Counted from the first letter of the whole stretch, positions 50,990 through 63,961 are shown. The stretch: 63,961 nucleotides of DNA, filler included, from Choristocarpus tenellus KU-1152 (GCA_964200185.2; 9 parts of 9 records of this genome joined end to end with filler, not necessarily neighbours in it); one strand, 5' to 3'. Notes: generated by a model not told the origin, from the sequence alone. A program made the numbers and translations.

Positions 50990-53900
50990 AATCTTACTAG
51001 GTATTATTATCCGCTTGGCAAATAAGTTGGAATTTTAGTGTACACGCTCCCAAGGCAGCTAGCTAGGTTAAGCCTTCCAAGAAAGGCGCCCTGCCCTATA
51101 TACCCACAACTGAATCACGTCAAAAATAAAAAAAAACTGATAAGATTGTTCCACGAGGGGCATGTTACGAGTGATGGTATTTTTGCCAACAAAAATAGAT
51201 AATAAAACATGATACAGTTACATTGATGAGCCAAAAGTGCATCTTTGAACCCACTTTAACCTCCTCCTTGGCCTCTAAATGATGTACCTATCACCTAGCC
51301 CTGGGATACAAACTAGAACGAGTACCTGTTCCTGGATACACGTGAGCCAAAGACAACCGGCACCCATCAAACAATGGTTTATTTTCTTTTATTTGCATTG
51401 GTCAAGTTCATCTGGCATACATTTCATGCTCCAATGTTTTGCTGTTTGTGTCAAAGGACTCCTACCCATCTATTTCGTACCTACCTACCTACCTACCTAC
51501 CCCCACCCAGGGACGTCAAGGTTTTCAGGCACAAATGAGCTGTGCTTCTAAAAAGAATCAAACTGTGTGCTGAAAACTAAGAGTGCGCTCTGCTTTGCTC
51601 TGCTTCCAGAAAGGTTTTCGTTGGGGCGATTACAGAATCTCTGGCTTTTTTTTTCTCAACAAGAAAAATAGAAATACACATTTGTTTTGCTGCTGATGCC
51701 ATTACTAAGGTGTGTGGCATAGCTCATACATCGTTTCAGATTTATGAACAACGATTGAGTCAAAATTGTTCTAATATTATGCTGGCCGTTGTCCCAACCA
51801 TCCGCTCATTCTGTGCAAACTTGGATCATGTGTATGCAAATAGCTGTCCTGTTCGATCTGCTGGAAGAAACTATCTCTTTTGAAACCATGTGACCAAGGT
51901 TTTGTACACAAAAAATAGTATAGCAGTGTACTAACATTGTCATAGCTAACTGATTGAGGCCACCTCTACATGAACATTACCTAAATTAGCTCCCGACCTA
52001 GTGCTCATTGTGTATTGCTGGCTATTGGCTGGGACAAAAAAATGCGACTAGAAGTGGCCAATAATTTTTTTGTCAGATAGCATATCCAAGCATGTACGTG
52101 TTTAGGAGTTCCATGAGGGTTCACAACTGCTCAGTATTTGTGAGTTTGGTTGATCATGTCTACACTAGAGCTGCCTTCAGAGGTGCCATATCCAGTGCTC
52201 AGACTTCTTACCTCCATACTTGAACAGCCCTAGGCAAGGGGGACTTTCCTCAGACACACACACACATGCAAAAGTTCGTTTGCATGAAATTTATTTTTTT
52301 CATTGCAATTGTAAACCAATCAAAACACCAACAGAAGCGATACATAATAATTTACCAAAACACCACCTAAAAGCAGCAGCACTGATAGTCTCATCGTAAA
52401 GGACTTCTTCTTGAATCCCCCCATCCTTGTCTCTACTTTCAGATGATTGGAAACAGTTTCGGGGGAGACTGTCTCGACGATCTTGTTGTCGGCAGCTAGC
52501 ATGGGATCTGAGGCAACAAGATGCTTTCTGTCACAAGTGTGGGAGCCTTTCCATCTGCATGCTACACTGGTCACCTTGGTGCTGCTGGAATGAACTCAAA
52601 TAAAAAAAATGTAGATCCAGTTTTCTGAAGCCAAGGTCACAGCACAACAGGTGGTCTTAACTGTTCCCATTTTTCTTTTACACAAGCATTAATCCAGCCC
52701 CCGTATTGTGAGAAAGCAGGGTGAATGTCCAACTCCAGAACAGGAGTCTCAGGGGCATGACAAGCAAACATCTTTGCTGCATTTGACCTTGCCACATGTA
52801 TTAGCTCACTCTAAAAAAGCGAATGGGATCAGGCCGACCACACTGTCTCCTCTACACTCCAAGCAATCCACAAGCTTAGGGTCTGAGCTTCTCATCCAGT
52901 GGTCCCATTGTGGCAGGTTTTAGAGGAATTGCATTATTTTCAAAACTGCTCTGGGAGTTGATAGTCAGCAACACATACTCCAGAATTTTTGTGTATCACA
53001 CGAGAAATACTGTACCATGTTGTGTGCTAGTAATAGAAACAAAAATTTAGCATTGGCAGGTTTTAAAAAACTACATAATCATCATAATTACTATTATTTG
53101 AGTTGTAACAATATCATATCTCACATTGCATCTATCACCAATTTTGAAGAATGCACAACAGGAAGAGAACAAATCCCGGTAATTATTAGAAAAAACCCAT
53201 TCAATCTTAACCATCTCCTACTTATTTATATTTCTTGTAGAAAGGCATGCTTCCTCATCAAGACTGGGCCAAACAAGGCCTGTTACGTTTCAAGAGTAAG
53301 GAAAGGTTGAGAGCATTTAAAGTTAGCTCTCCTATGTCTTTCCCATACTTACACCTTCCATCAAAATCGTGCACAAATGAAGATCAAAGATACCCATCCA
53401 TGTGCTCATTGATCTAAGCGAGTTGATTACGCCCTATGTTGCCTTGACACTTGCATGCTTAAATCACAATCAAAATATCTCCGACAATAGGGCAGTATTC
53501 TTCATACAACAGCCGCTGTGCATGAGGGAACTTGTAGTGAGCCATTGAGTATTTGACTAGGGTCTTTGTGACTGCCTCCAAAGTTCATGCAAGTACTTCT
53601 CGGCCCCTGAAGGGCAATCTCATGTTGATGTGGACAGATGCCTGTCTTATCTTCTGCAGCCATAGCTTCATTTCAAAGGTGGGTTAGCTGCATGTCAGGC
53701 ATAAAAAATGGAGTGTCAAGTTGAAGGTTTAAAATTTCCTAAACTCTCAAAAAGGCCTAGACAGACATGCCCACCTTGAAGGTAGGATGGCTTGTCAAAA
53801 GCAGTGGGTAATGGATGGTACATATCTCGGTTATCAATACATAATATCGCCCAAAAGCTCTCTTGATACTTCTGTCAGAGCAGATCTTCGTCCTATGAGA

Positions 53901-54632
53901 GTGTTGTCAGAAGTGTGCACATACTTGTACACAGCAAGATGATAAAACCAGCAGCTAGTATAAAGATTTCTCAGAAGCAGATAGCTCCACACTGTTTATT
54001 GCCTCCACTACAACAAATTAGACTACTTTTCCAAGTAAATAAAGAACTATTAGTCTTGGTCACCACAGGAGCAACAATGTCTCAAACTCACCATAATCAC
54101 AACTCAGAAAGATGCGTGGGTGATAAAGGCGGAAAACCCCAAAGACAGGGTCCAGATGACCTGAGGCATAGACCAGTAGGGCCACAACCATCACAGCAAC
54201 AAGAACAACAATCCACAAACAGTAAAGATAAACAAACACAAACAAAAGAAAAAGAAAGTGGTTGACCCTGCTGTAGGAGGCAACAACAGGCATCAAAGAG
54301 TTGGAATAAGGATACAAACCCTAGCATCAAACCTCCACATAATGACACCAAAAAGAAATGAACCCTCCTTCAATGTTGACCCCTCGCCCTGTAGTATGCA
54401 GTGGCTACCCTGCTCAAGTCATCTCTACTAAGTCAAGCAAGACCAAAAAGCTGGCATGCCATCCTGGTCTTTATCACTCTCCCACACATGTAGACCTAGA
54501 GGATTGCTGTTCTTCATTTGTACATGGACTGCAACAGGACAAAAATCAAAGGTAGGTACGTGCCTCAACCCAAGATGTCTCACATTGGTCAAACTAAACT
54601 TCTGCCCACACCTGGTAACTACCGAACGAGCT

Positions 54633-56404
54633 CTAAGGCAGGCACATGAAAACAGAATGCTGCCCCCCTCCATCTGCATCAATCACCTTCAGATATGCAA
54701 AATGATAGAGACAACATGCGACAGGTGGTAGAGGGATAGATTCGATGTAGTGGAATAGGTTCATCAGTGAGGGTGTTCAACTCACAAATACTGCGGCAAG
54801 TGTTCTATGAACAGCCTCCAGGGCAATAACATATTTTGTGTGAGGAACCTATATACCAGGAAGACTAAAAAAAACTGTACCATGATGTCAGCTCATCAGA
54901 ACGATCTACAAGGATTTACAAAAAAAAGTAACAGGTCTGAACCAAGGGGAGAGGCTTAGACCTCAAAACTACAGATGGCAACAGTGGTATGCTGGGCAAA
55001 ACACTAAAATAAAGCAATCACACATACATACGCTCCCACCTTGGATAAATTAACCTTTGTTGGGATGCCGTAGTCCTTGTCATTCCCCAGCCCAAGAGCA
55101 CAAGAATCACCATAGCCCCACCTTCATTTCATACCAAGCAAATGGGTTCAAAACAACAAGAGGGAACAAGTGAAATAAGATCCAATCAACAGGGCTATAT
55201 ATAGAAGTCTACAAGGAACCCTCTTCGCCTAAATACGAAATTAGACAAAAAAAATTCTCCACCTCTCAAAGCCACCTCAAACAAACCACAAATATGGTGA
55301 GGTGGACAGAGCTAAACAGTAAAAGAAATACGTATTCATCAAACCTATAAACCAGCTAAATGCCAACTCTGAAAACTTTATAATATTGCGGTAAACAGCA
55401 GAGAATAAATTGCATGCCCCCAACTGACCCTTGCTAATCAACCCCTGAAAAAATCCCTGAGTACCAAAATACACGCCCAGTGGGAACACCCTATGTTCAA
55501 CCGCCCACCAATCTTATGCACCAGAAACACACAATCAATCACCTCACCTCCTTTCCACGACATGAAACACACAACAAAGCGTCTTGCCCAGCAATCGCAG
55601 CAGCATCCCAACAATCCTTTAATGAACAAACCCACCAGTCCAAGCATTGCAATACCTTCACACCTTTTTTTAATTAAATTCAAGTGGCACCACTTTTCTT
55701 CCTTGCCCCCCTCTGAAGGCACAACCAACTCTGACCCAGTGTGACATTCAAAGTGACCAACTCAGCAAATAAATTGGGTATACAACCACCTCCTTGGTTG
55801 TAACTCACGTGAAAACCTCGTGCTCGTCTGTGACTGCCAGGCAGTGGTTGGCGCCACACTCAATCCTGGAAGCCTTCCCTCTTGCTCCCCGAAGTGGTAC
55901 CTGTTGTTGGAATCACACACAGACAAATTGCACAGACCGCAAGCAAGGAGCTTTAGATACAGGCACACTAACACCGCCCCCTTCCTCCCCCCCCTCCCTT
56001 CACTTCCTAATATATTCAACCTATACTTGAAAAATGAGCTAGTGAATGTCTACGTACAAGCACTCTCGTACACAGCTGCCTTGCTTCCACACAAACTCAT
56101 ATAATCTACCCCCTTGTCCCATATACCTTGCCCTAGAGCTACATTGTAGATGACACAGTTGAGTGAGATGGAAATCACAGAACCACACTAGGTGCTCTGG
56201 GGTCAAGGGAGAATAAGGTAAAAGGTTGAATGGTAAGTTCACCTTAGTGGGGTGAGAGACGCTCCTCCCCCAATCCTCCTCTTTCAGAGTCTCTGTCACT
56301 CCCAGCTGCCCAGAGTCATCCCTTCCGAAAGAGTACAGCACACCATTCAAGCAAAGCACTAATGAGTGATGGCTGCCTGCTGCCAAAGCCATGGGGGTGG
56401 TCCC
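54633..56404 (-). CDS. RCC1-repeat beta-propeller protein (RCC1-like), 3' part; exons 56404-56243, 55900-55809, 55121-55055 (or 55040), 54686-54633
   Basis: ALAAGSHHSLVL...LYSFGRDDSGQLG|IECGANHCLAVTDEHEVFT|WGYGDSCALGLG...PTK|VIDADGGGQHSVFMCLP*. The terminal GGQHS half-repeat is typical of RCC1 itself. Confidence 0.88.
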
Positions 56405-57252
56405 CTGCCATGATCCACAGAGAGGAGGGTGACAATGGTGAGATAACCCAAAGGACCGATAGATATCTCACAGCAATCAAGGTAAAAGTTGCATACCCAA
56501 GGGACACAGGAAATATGCTCAAAACCTATCACAGACAATTTAATTCTACAGTCGAGTATGAGTAATACAGACTGAGAAGTTGAGCCCATTATGATGGGGG
56601 TACAGATCCATAACCTATTCTTGATGCACTGCTTGCAAGCAGATGAAAACGCCTCGGAATGCATACAAACACACCCAGAAATATAGCACCAATGTTTAAC
56701 CCAGCAAAACACATGTTCAGTAAAATAACCACACATACGCACCTAGTAACTTCAACATCACACAAAGAAACAGACAACCCCAACTCATTTGGCATAAACT
56801 TGTCAGGTACCAACAACAAAGAAAACATTAAAAAAACGGCATGAGCAAAGCTCTATACAAACCACACTTTATGTTTGTCTACTTCATTGTTTCTACACGA
56901 GCCACTCCACAACCCCCCCTCCACATACCTGTTGTCCCACCAACAGATCAATAAAAACGACCACAAAAAAAATGAACGAAGTTTTCAACTATTTTTTTCT
57001 GACTTCTTTCAGTCCCCTCATTGAAGTACTTCAACCAATACTTGTGTGAGCATGTATGTGTGTGTGTAGGGGGGGGGGGGGGGGGAGGGGGAGGGGGAGA
57101 CAAGAAAAACCAACATGCACTCCAAAAACAAAAAATTAAACTTTATTTGCGCNNNNNNNNNNNNNNNNNNNNNNNNNNNNNNNNNNNNNNNNNNNNTTAA
57201 TTAATTAANNNNNNNNNNNNNNNNNNNNNNNNNNNNNNNNNNNNNNNNNNNN

Positions 57253-57301
<49 letters not shown>

Positions 57302-58206
57302 GGGGGGGGGGGGGGATGGGGTTTAAGAGCATTTCGTAAGATCTGACAGGAATTTTTTGAGAAAGGTTTCATTTGTTCAGACTGAATTTTGTAGCTGTTT
57401 GCCAAAGTGGGATTATAGGATTGTCTAGATTGGCACGGTTGATTGGATTACGACGTACACAGTTCTTGACAAAGTAGCTGCTTCAGTGATTTCAAGCTCG
57501 GGAATCTAGGTTGATTAATATTTTTCAAAACAATGGTTATCTCAACCCTATCAGTATGGCATTTGGCTGGGAATAGTGTATGACAGTTGTGGTCTAATAC
57601 TGATTTAGCACAATCAAACACTTGTGCAGGGTATAGCTGAGCCATCTTACCTTGTCTGTCAAGCAGTCTTGTGAAGCTATTTCAAATCCCTGGAAAACCA
57701 GTGATAGTTCAAAATATATCAAGTTAAAACATTGGGAAATCCTTTGATTGGCAGATACTTGCTGTACTGTATTGTCACAGACATACAGACATTTTGTTTG
57801 ATGCTGCAATAGAGCTGCGGCGGGTAGCAAATTGTGACTGTTGAAGTGTCTGTCCTATGTGGCATTTTTTTTTTTTTTTTTATTACGCGATCATTGGCCT
57901 TGTGGGAGTTCTTTGTAGCATGTACCTAGAACATGTTAATTAGTTTATTACTAGCTACTCTATTTGTACACTACTTCAGGATGGGTGTGTTACAGTTGTG
58001 AATTTTCATATATTGAGCCATTTTTTGCATTCCATAATATTGGTTATGGGTCACAATGCAGTGATGTCCTCCTTGAAAGTGTTACGTGTTACTATGCACA
58101 CTCTTAACCTCATGAGGGACTAAGTCTCAACACCCCTTCCTGCCCTGTCTTCTCCCTTGTATTTTGGTTTTGGTTCTTTGCGGTTGTGTGTATCATTATC
58201 TTGCAG

Positions 58207-58572
58207 GACAAAAAGAAATCAAAGAAGAGCAAGAAGGACAAAAAGGACAAAAAGGATCGAGAATCCACAGGGGGGGGAAGAAGACACGCAGGTGGTGGAC
58301 ACTCTCACCGCCGTTCTTTTGCTGAAGTGTCTCCCATGGAAGAGGAAGAGGGAGAGATTCTACCGGGGCACACTGAGAGGGTTCAAGAGCAAGGGGTGGC
58401 AGGGGGCAGGTCTCCAGATCAGCCTTCAGCGGCAAAGCGGCCGCGCTTGTCAGGGGAGAATGGGGTTGAGGGGAGTGAGGAGGCCAGGGGGCGATCCGAA
58501 GAAAGGAGCATGTCAAAAACAAACGGTGGGGGGAGGGCGGAGGATGTTGAAGAAGGTGCCATTGTTGAATGA
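58207..58572 (+). CDS. Terminal exon of a Lys/Glu-rich low-complexity (probably nuclear) protein
   Basis: Polypyrimidine tract and TGCAG acceptor, then the purine-rich frame DKKKSKKSKKDKKDKKDRE...EEGEI...AKRPRL...EEGAIVE*. Confidence 0.65.
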   Translation, partial: DKKKSKKSKKDKKDKKDRESTGGGRRHAGGGHSHRRSFAEVSPMEEEEGEILPGHTERVQEQGVAGGRSPDQPSAAKRPRLSGENGVEGSEEARGRSEERSMSKTNGGGRAEDVEEGAIVE

Positions 58573-59373
58573 GTCGGAATGGGTGCTTGACTCCTTTTTC
58601 TTTTGTGTTGAATATGTAGTGGAACTCGTGGCCTCCTTTGTAGTGTGGTGTGACCAGCTGCTTGATAGATGTGCATTGAGGTGGGGGGGAGGGTAGGGGG
58701 AGTACCTTCATGCTCTTGCAGGGGGGGGAAAGAGGGTCTGCTGCGTGGAATAGGTGACTATAGGTAAGGCATGATGCACAGGGTGACTGATGAGAGGAGA
58801 TGTGGTGTGGTGTACGACATAGTTTTGATGAAGCAGTGGAAGGGTACCTGCCTCTCCCCTTCCATCATAGACTCCTTTGAGTTGGAATCAATCCAGTCTG
58901 GACGAGATGTGCAGTGCAGGCAGGGGGTGCAGGCGGCAGGTTCATTGCAGTGCAAAGTACTTCCGTTATTGCTGTAGTAACATAGGGTTCATTCGAGTTT
59001 AGGAGATGTTGTGCTGCTTTGGATTGCTATCTCATCGAGGGGGGTTTTCAACGATTTGGGTATGTCTGCCCTGTGTGGTTTGCAGGGTAAGCTTGCTTCG
59101 TTCCCTCTGCTGCCATAAGGTACTGAAGGAGTTGGTAATGAGCTAATGGGCAGGCGTAAAGGCAATGATGATATATTTTGCATATTTGACTGTGTTTTGT
59201 TGGAGCAAGAATATTAGATTGCCCTTTAAAAACATGGTAATATTCAACTCATTTCAGGTAACAATGTGGATACTTTTGTTTAGGCCAAGTAGAAGCACTG
59301 AATGCACTCACCCAGTCAGTGTGCTTACGCTTCTTTTTTTTTGCTCTCTGTTAGTGTTTTTGTTGAGATAAAA

Positions 59374-59631
59374 GAGCCAAACCAATCGAGTATTAGGCAG
59401 GTTTGGGCCATTTTGCATTCTAAATCATCTTTCTTACCCTGTGCAATACACTCTATTTCATTGCATTATGTGCACAATAGTGTATACAAAGATGATAATC
59501 CCCCTTTCCACACAAACAGTGACACAACACTCCAGCAAAGGCTTACTTTGCCCCGTTCAAAACGTTGTCCTTTTGACCTTTCTTGGGATCCTTAAAATGA
59601 AACCCTGCCTACCTCTCAGTTCGTTTGGCTC
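59374..59631. mobile_element. MITE family D (reverse orientation)
   Basis: GAGCCAAACCAATCGAG / CCTACCTCTCAGTTCGTTTGGCTC. Confidence 0.78.
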
Positions 59632-60521
59632 ACCATGGATGTTATGCATCCAAGACATGAAGGAGGTGTGTGTGTGTGACATGTGATTCTTGGAGTATTT
59701 TCTATTCTGAATGAGGTTCCTGATCCGAATATGCATGGAATAGGTAAAGTTATTCAGGGTGTTTATCCCCTTCTTGACAACACATGCATGTATTCAAGCT
59801 TGCATACCCTCATCATGGATGGGTGAAACCAAATGTGTGTAGAGAGATGCCATGTGAAGTGTTCAATAGTAGACATAGAATTTGCTGTGTTTGACTGATT
59901 GTGGTGCTCCTTTTTTGTTTTTTTTAAAGATTTATTTACTATTTTACTCAACAGAGGTAGGGTATTTTTCAGAGATGGATCGCTGATTTTTTTGCTGACT
60001 GACTCATTGTTACATATTTTTAGTTTCTATTCTACTCTATTTGCTTCTTTTCTTCCCTGGCATTTTCCCTACTACACAAGCCTTGGCATCATGAAACTTC
60101 CCAGTCACACATGAGACCAACCAGTCATTAAAGTCAATCCAGTGCCCAAAAGAATGAAACAGCAGCAACAATAGAAACGTGTGATGGATGGATCCAAGAG
60201 AACACGTGGATAAATATGTTATGCTGCATGTAGGACATTTTACTTTGGAAATTATAAATATAAACTAAGTTTCTCTTCTGTAGTTCATTAATATATAGGT
60301 GGTGTGCCCTAATTGTAAGATGAATATTCAAAATTCATTTCTCACGAACAGCAGTGGTAGGATGAGGTAGAATCCTATCACCGACTGTGTAACTTCTGGT
60401 GGCAGTAGTAACAATTTGATGACAGCTTGTTGATAGTGACTGTGACTCATCTACAACTAAAGATGCGTTTTTATTGATAAACACTGCAATGACAATTCTC
60501 TGTTCCACCACTACTGTTGTA

Positions 60522-60767
60522 CTACATTCTTCCAATGAAAGGCATAGACTCTCGCTGAAAGTCTTGCCACTCTGCTAAGCAGCTGTCATCTGTGATGCAG
60601 TCACATTCTGCTGCACCAGGCAGCTCTGCATGGTAGCCGTCAGGGCAACGGATACAATCGTCCTCTGAGGACACCCCTGTGCGATTCTGGAAAGTATTTT
60701 CCGGGCAGGGTAAGCAGTCCTCAATCCCTCGACCTCTGTCTTTATCCCGATATGTTCCTCGTGGGCA
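60522..60767 (-). CDS. Terminal exon of a GCC2/GCC3 (ephrin-receptor-like) cysteine-repeat protein
   Basis: CPRGTY...CLPCPENTFQNRTG...CIRCPDGYHAELPGAAEC; CAG acceptor at 60770-60768; stop at 60522. Confidence 0.8.
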   Translation of the reverse strand, partial: CPRGTYRDKDRGRGIEDCLPCPENTFQNRTGVSSEDDCIRCPDGYHAELPGAAECDCITDDSCLAEWQDFQRESMPFIGRM

Positions 60768-60947
60768 CTGGGATTGAGGAGAGGACGGTGGAGTGAACAA
60801 GATCTATCTGAAATCAATTTCTGTGGAAGTGATGTGTTTTCCAGCACATGCAAAGGCACAGCTATCTGCTGTCCTGTATGTGTTACTGCCCATACATAAA
60901 ACAATAAATATGATCACAGCCATGAACAGTTACGGTACAAACAGAGA

Positions 60948-61124
60948 GACCCAAAGTATCTAGGGGGGGGGGGGTTCTACACCAGGGTGTCCATTTTGGG
61001 TCAAAATCAGGAAAGTTGCATTTACATTATCCATCTGACGTATGCAACCAAATCACCCAAAAATCGTGACATGAAAAAATTCACCCCATGGACAGCCGCC
61101 ACCCCCGCCCGGATACTTTGAGCC
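60948..61124. mobile_element. MITE family B
   Basis: GACCCAAAGTATC / GATACTTTGAGCC; TSD AGA. Confidence 0.9.
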
Positions 61125-61567
61125 AGAGATCGGGTGGGGAGCTGAGGGGCAGTCAAATCAATAGCTCATTTTTTTTTTTCGTTTCACACACAAACACAAA
61201 ATCTTATCTATCTGTTGGGTGCCTACAAGGATGCAGGACCGCCTTGTGATCCGATGTTGTCCCATTTATCCTCCAATCTCCTCACTGTTTGTGCTTCAAG
61301 GTGTTAAATTAAAGTGAAAAAGTCCAACTTTCCGGTGCTACTAAGGCAAACACCTTGACTATCAGGCAACAATAAAGCCGCCATGGTCGGTCATAGGTTA
61401 CTAGGAATGACAGCATCAGCTACCTGCAGTTGTCCTTTTCAAATAAGAATAAACAAGTGGATCTTCTTGGTGTTGGATTTTTGAGGATCTTTAATGCAAC
61501 CACGCTAAGGAGCTGTATGGTGACTAAGTTCCTACAACATGGGATGTGGGAAACACATACAATTCCT

Positions 61568-61748
61568 GACTCGAAGTATCTGGGGGGGGGGAGGGGATCT
61601 ACACCATGGTGTCCATTTGGGTCAAAATCAGGAAAAGGGGATTTACATTATCCATCCGACGTATGCAACCAAATCACCCAAAAATCACGACATGAAAAAA
61701 ATGATCCCAAATGTACAGCCGCCACACACACCCCAGATACTTTGAGCC
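61568..61748. mobile_element. MITE family B
   Basis: GACTCGAAGTATC / GATACTTTGAGCC; collinear with the 60948 copy. Confidence 0.88.
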
Positions 61749-61771
61749 TTGTTCAAAATTAAACTATTTAA

Positions 61772-62044
61772 GAGTCAAACCAACTGAGAGGTAGGTAGGG
61801 TTGCATTTTAAGGATCCCAAAGAAAGGAAAAAAGACCCCATTTCATACAATTGCAGAAAAATCTTTGTTGAATTATGGTGTCACTTTGTGTGTGTGTGTA
61901 AAGGCCCTTTACAAGGGGGAGTATCAAATTTGCGTACACTGTTGTGCACATAAGCAATGAAGTAGAGTGTACCGCGATGGGAAAGAAAGATAGCTTAGAG
62001 CACGAAAGGTTGCAAACCTGCCTACCTCTCAATTGGTTTGGCGC
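61772..62044. mobile_element. MITE family D
   Basis: GAGTCAAACCAACTGAGAGGTAGG / CCTACCTCTCAATTGGTTTGGCGC; TTAA on both flanks. Confidence 0.85.
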
Positions 62045-62063
62045 TTAAAGCACTTTTTATGCC

Positions 62064-62332
62064 GAGTCAAAAGTAAAGAGAGGTACCAAGGCTTTGGTTG
62101 TTTTGCATTTGAAGTCTGGTTTTCAATCTTTTGCAATTCACCCATATTTCTACGAATGAAGTTTCACTTTTGATTTGAGATTGAGATCGTTGATTTTTCT
62201 TTTTTTTGGAACTTTTCGAGCACAGTTCAGAAAATATCCTACACACATTTGTAAAAAAAAAGTCGAATTTTGCACATGGTTGTCAGCATCCTTAAAATGT
62301 AACTCTGGGTACCTCTTGTTTACTTTAGTCTC
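62064..62332. mobile_element. MITE family C
   Basis: GAGTCAAAAGTAAAGAGAGGTACC / GGTACCTCTTGTTTACTTTAGTCTC; collinear with 5360-5616. Confidence 0.82.
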
Positions 62333-63648
62333 ATCTTGTTGCACAAAGCTCTCAAAACAAGGTTGCTTTTGACTCTTTGGGATAAAAACGCAGTATCAAT
62401 GGGTCTTGTCTGTTCGCCCATCATTGTGGATGTCACTTTGTTGATCTCTCCTTGTTCTTACATTTCACTTGCTGAAACAACCATTTAGTGTGCCTTCAAT
62501 GGAGACAAAAATAATTTCAAGACTTAACTGATGGAAAAAATTGTTTTGTTTTGTTTTTTAATGACATAAGAATTAAAGATTGCCAAATGGCAAGAATGAG
62601 GACTCTTAGAAAATCCGATGGGTCTGCAGTGGAGGGTTGGTCTTACAAGGGGCTTATACCACTTATTGACAGTATTTGCTAAGGTAAAGTGGTGTTGTTG
62701 TGAATCAGAACTTGAAATAATTTGTTTGATTAATTTTTTTTTGATTACTCCAATAGAATCCAAGCGAGGTTGAGTGATTGTTGATTGCTGCAAGGAAATT
62801 GAAGCAGAAGAACATGCAGCACACATACATACATAAGTACACATGAGGTAGCAAGAAAATGATGAGTTGAATTTAACCCCTCAATTTTCAATATTGACAA
62901 TCTTTGATCTTAGCACCATTCGGAACACAATTTGAGAAATATATGCGCTGATGCATGCACTTTACTGCCCTTCATATTTTTGTTGGATGTACACTGACTC
63001 TTACTGTGAAGAACTATTTTGGTATGAGCATCCAAAAACAACATTTGCTCCTTGGTAGGCCATAGCCCTAGAGTGTTTTTGGAAGCGGGTACCACAACAC
63101 TAGTAATAGAGTGGAATATACAAGTATACAGCACAAATTACACTCTCCACCCCTCCTTGCAGAGAGATGAGTCATGAGGCATTTCTCTGTGGGATGCTTT
63201 GTTTCTTTCTCCTCGAAGTGCTGTAGTGAGATTGTTGTTGGAATCGAAAGGTTCAACTCGTCCCATTGTTCACGATAAATTCGATTGCCACCCTCACATA
63301 AATGTGCGAGCATTCCTTGTGGAGAAGAAGATGTTTCAACATTTCGGGGAGGTTTACCGCAGAAATATCCGTGACATATGTGTATAATACAGGGAAAACT
63401 TACCACTAGCTCCAAACAGTGTTACTTTATGAATAGCGATTTGATTGATGATACTACATATCATTGTTTCAATAATGATGCGCATGACGTGGCTGCCCTG
63501 TCATGAGTTTTACCAGTACGGAGTCAGTAGTCCTTCAGTCATTTCTTTCGCACAAACTGTAACACAACATATATAATAGACATACATATTTGTATGGTGA
63601 TGTCCCTTTCTCTTGTTTTACTAATCCTGAAGAGGCACACTCAACAGA

Positions 63649-63828
63649 GAACCAAAGTATCTGGGGGGGGTGGGGGGTCTACAACAGGGTATTCATTTGG
63701 GCCAAAACCAGGAAAAGTGCGCTTACATTATCCATCCGACGTATGCAACCTAATCACCCAAAAATTGCGACATGGAAAAAATGGACCACAAATGGACACC
63801 CGCCACCCCCCCCCGGATACTTTGAGCC
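63649..63828. mobile_element. MITE family B
   Basis: GAACCAAAGTATC / GATACTTTGAGCC; TSD AGA. Confidence 0.9.
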
Positions 63829-63886
63829 AGAAACAAATCAATGTGGAGTCCAAAATGCATCTCTACACACACGAATAAAAATATAT

Positions 63887-63961
63887 GACTCAAAGTATCA
63901 AGGGGGGGATGACGACTGTCCATTTGGGGCCAATTTTTTCATGTCACGATTTTTGGGTGAT
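63887..63961. mobile_element. MITE family B (reverse orientation), cut by the window end
   Basis: GACTCAAAGTATCAAGGGGGG...TTTTTTCATGTCACGATTTTTGGGTGAT. Confidence 0.8.

Noticed and set aside
4063-57252. Eight recurring TTAATTAATTAA palindromes between N runs, and ORFs that run through X residues
   Set aside because: Identical 100-bp constructs are artificial contig-joining spacers; they are not biological and give no synteny.
1-63961. tRNA, rRNA, snRNA or endogenous giant-virus genes
   Set aside because: No cloverleaf, rRNA or NCLDV core motifs recognised by eye; tRNAscan-SE, Infernal and HMM searches would be needed to exclude them fully.

Overview
Eukaryotic, intron-rich nuclear DNA, not prokaryotic. 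Gene content and TE types suggest a photosynthetic stramenopile (brown-alga-like lineage); this is inference. The window is nine separate contigs joined by eight identical artificial 100-bp spacers (44 N + TTAATTAATTAA + 44 N), so nothing is linked across spacers. Host genes rebuilt from splice sites: a PP2C phosphatase (5' part), complete mitochondrial inner-membrane peptidase IMP1, a complete ORANGE-like DnaJ zinc-finger protein with a probable bipartite plastid presequence, a complete TKL/Raf-like kinase, the 3' part of an RCC1-repeat gene, and terminal exons of a Lys-rich protein and a GCC2/GCC3 (ephrin-receptor-like) Cys-repeat protein. Most of the rest is transposon debris: a Sola-type transposase apparently fused through a spliced exon to tandem Tudor-like domains (the most unusual item), two DD39D-type mariner relics, two pogo/Tigger-like relics, a decayed Ty1/copia element, LINE 3' fragments, and about 20 MITE copies in four families with shared G(A/G)NNCAAA-type termini and 3-bp TSDs (PIF/Harbinger-like). 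Also notable: GC-AG donors, frequent AAG acceptors, and a strong 5'-to-3' CpG drop inside genes. No CRISPR, rRNA or tRNA was found.
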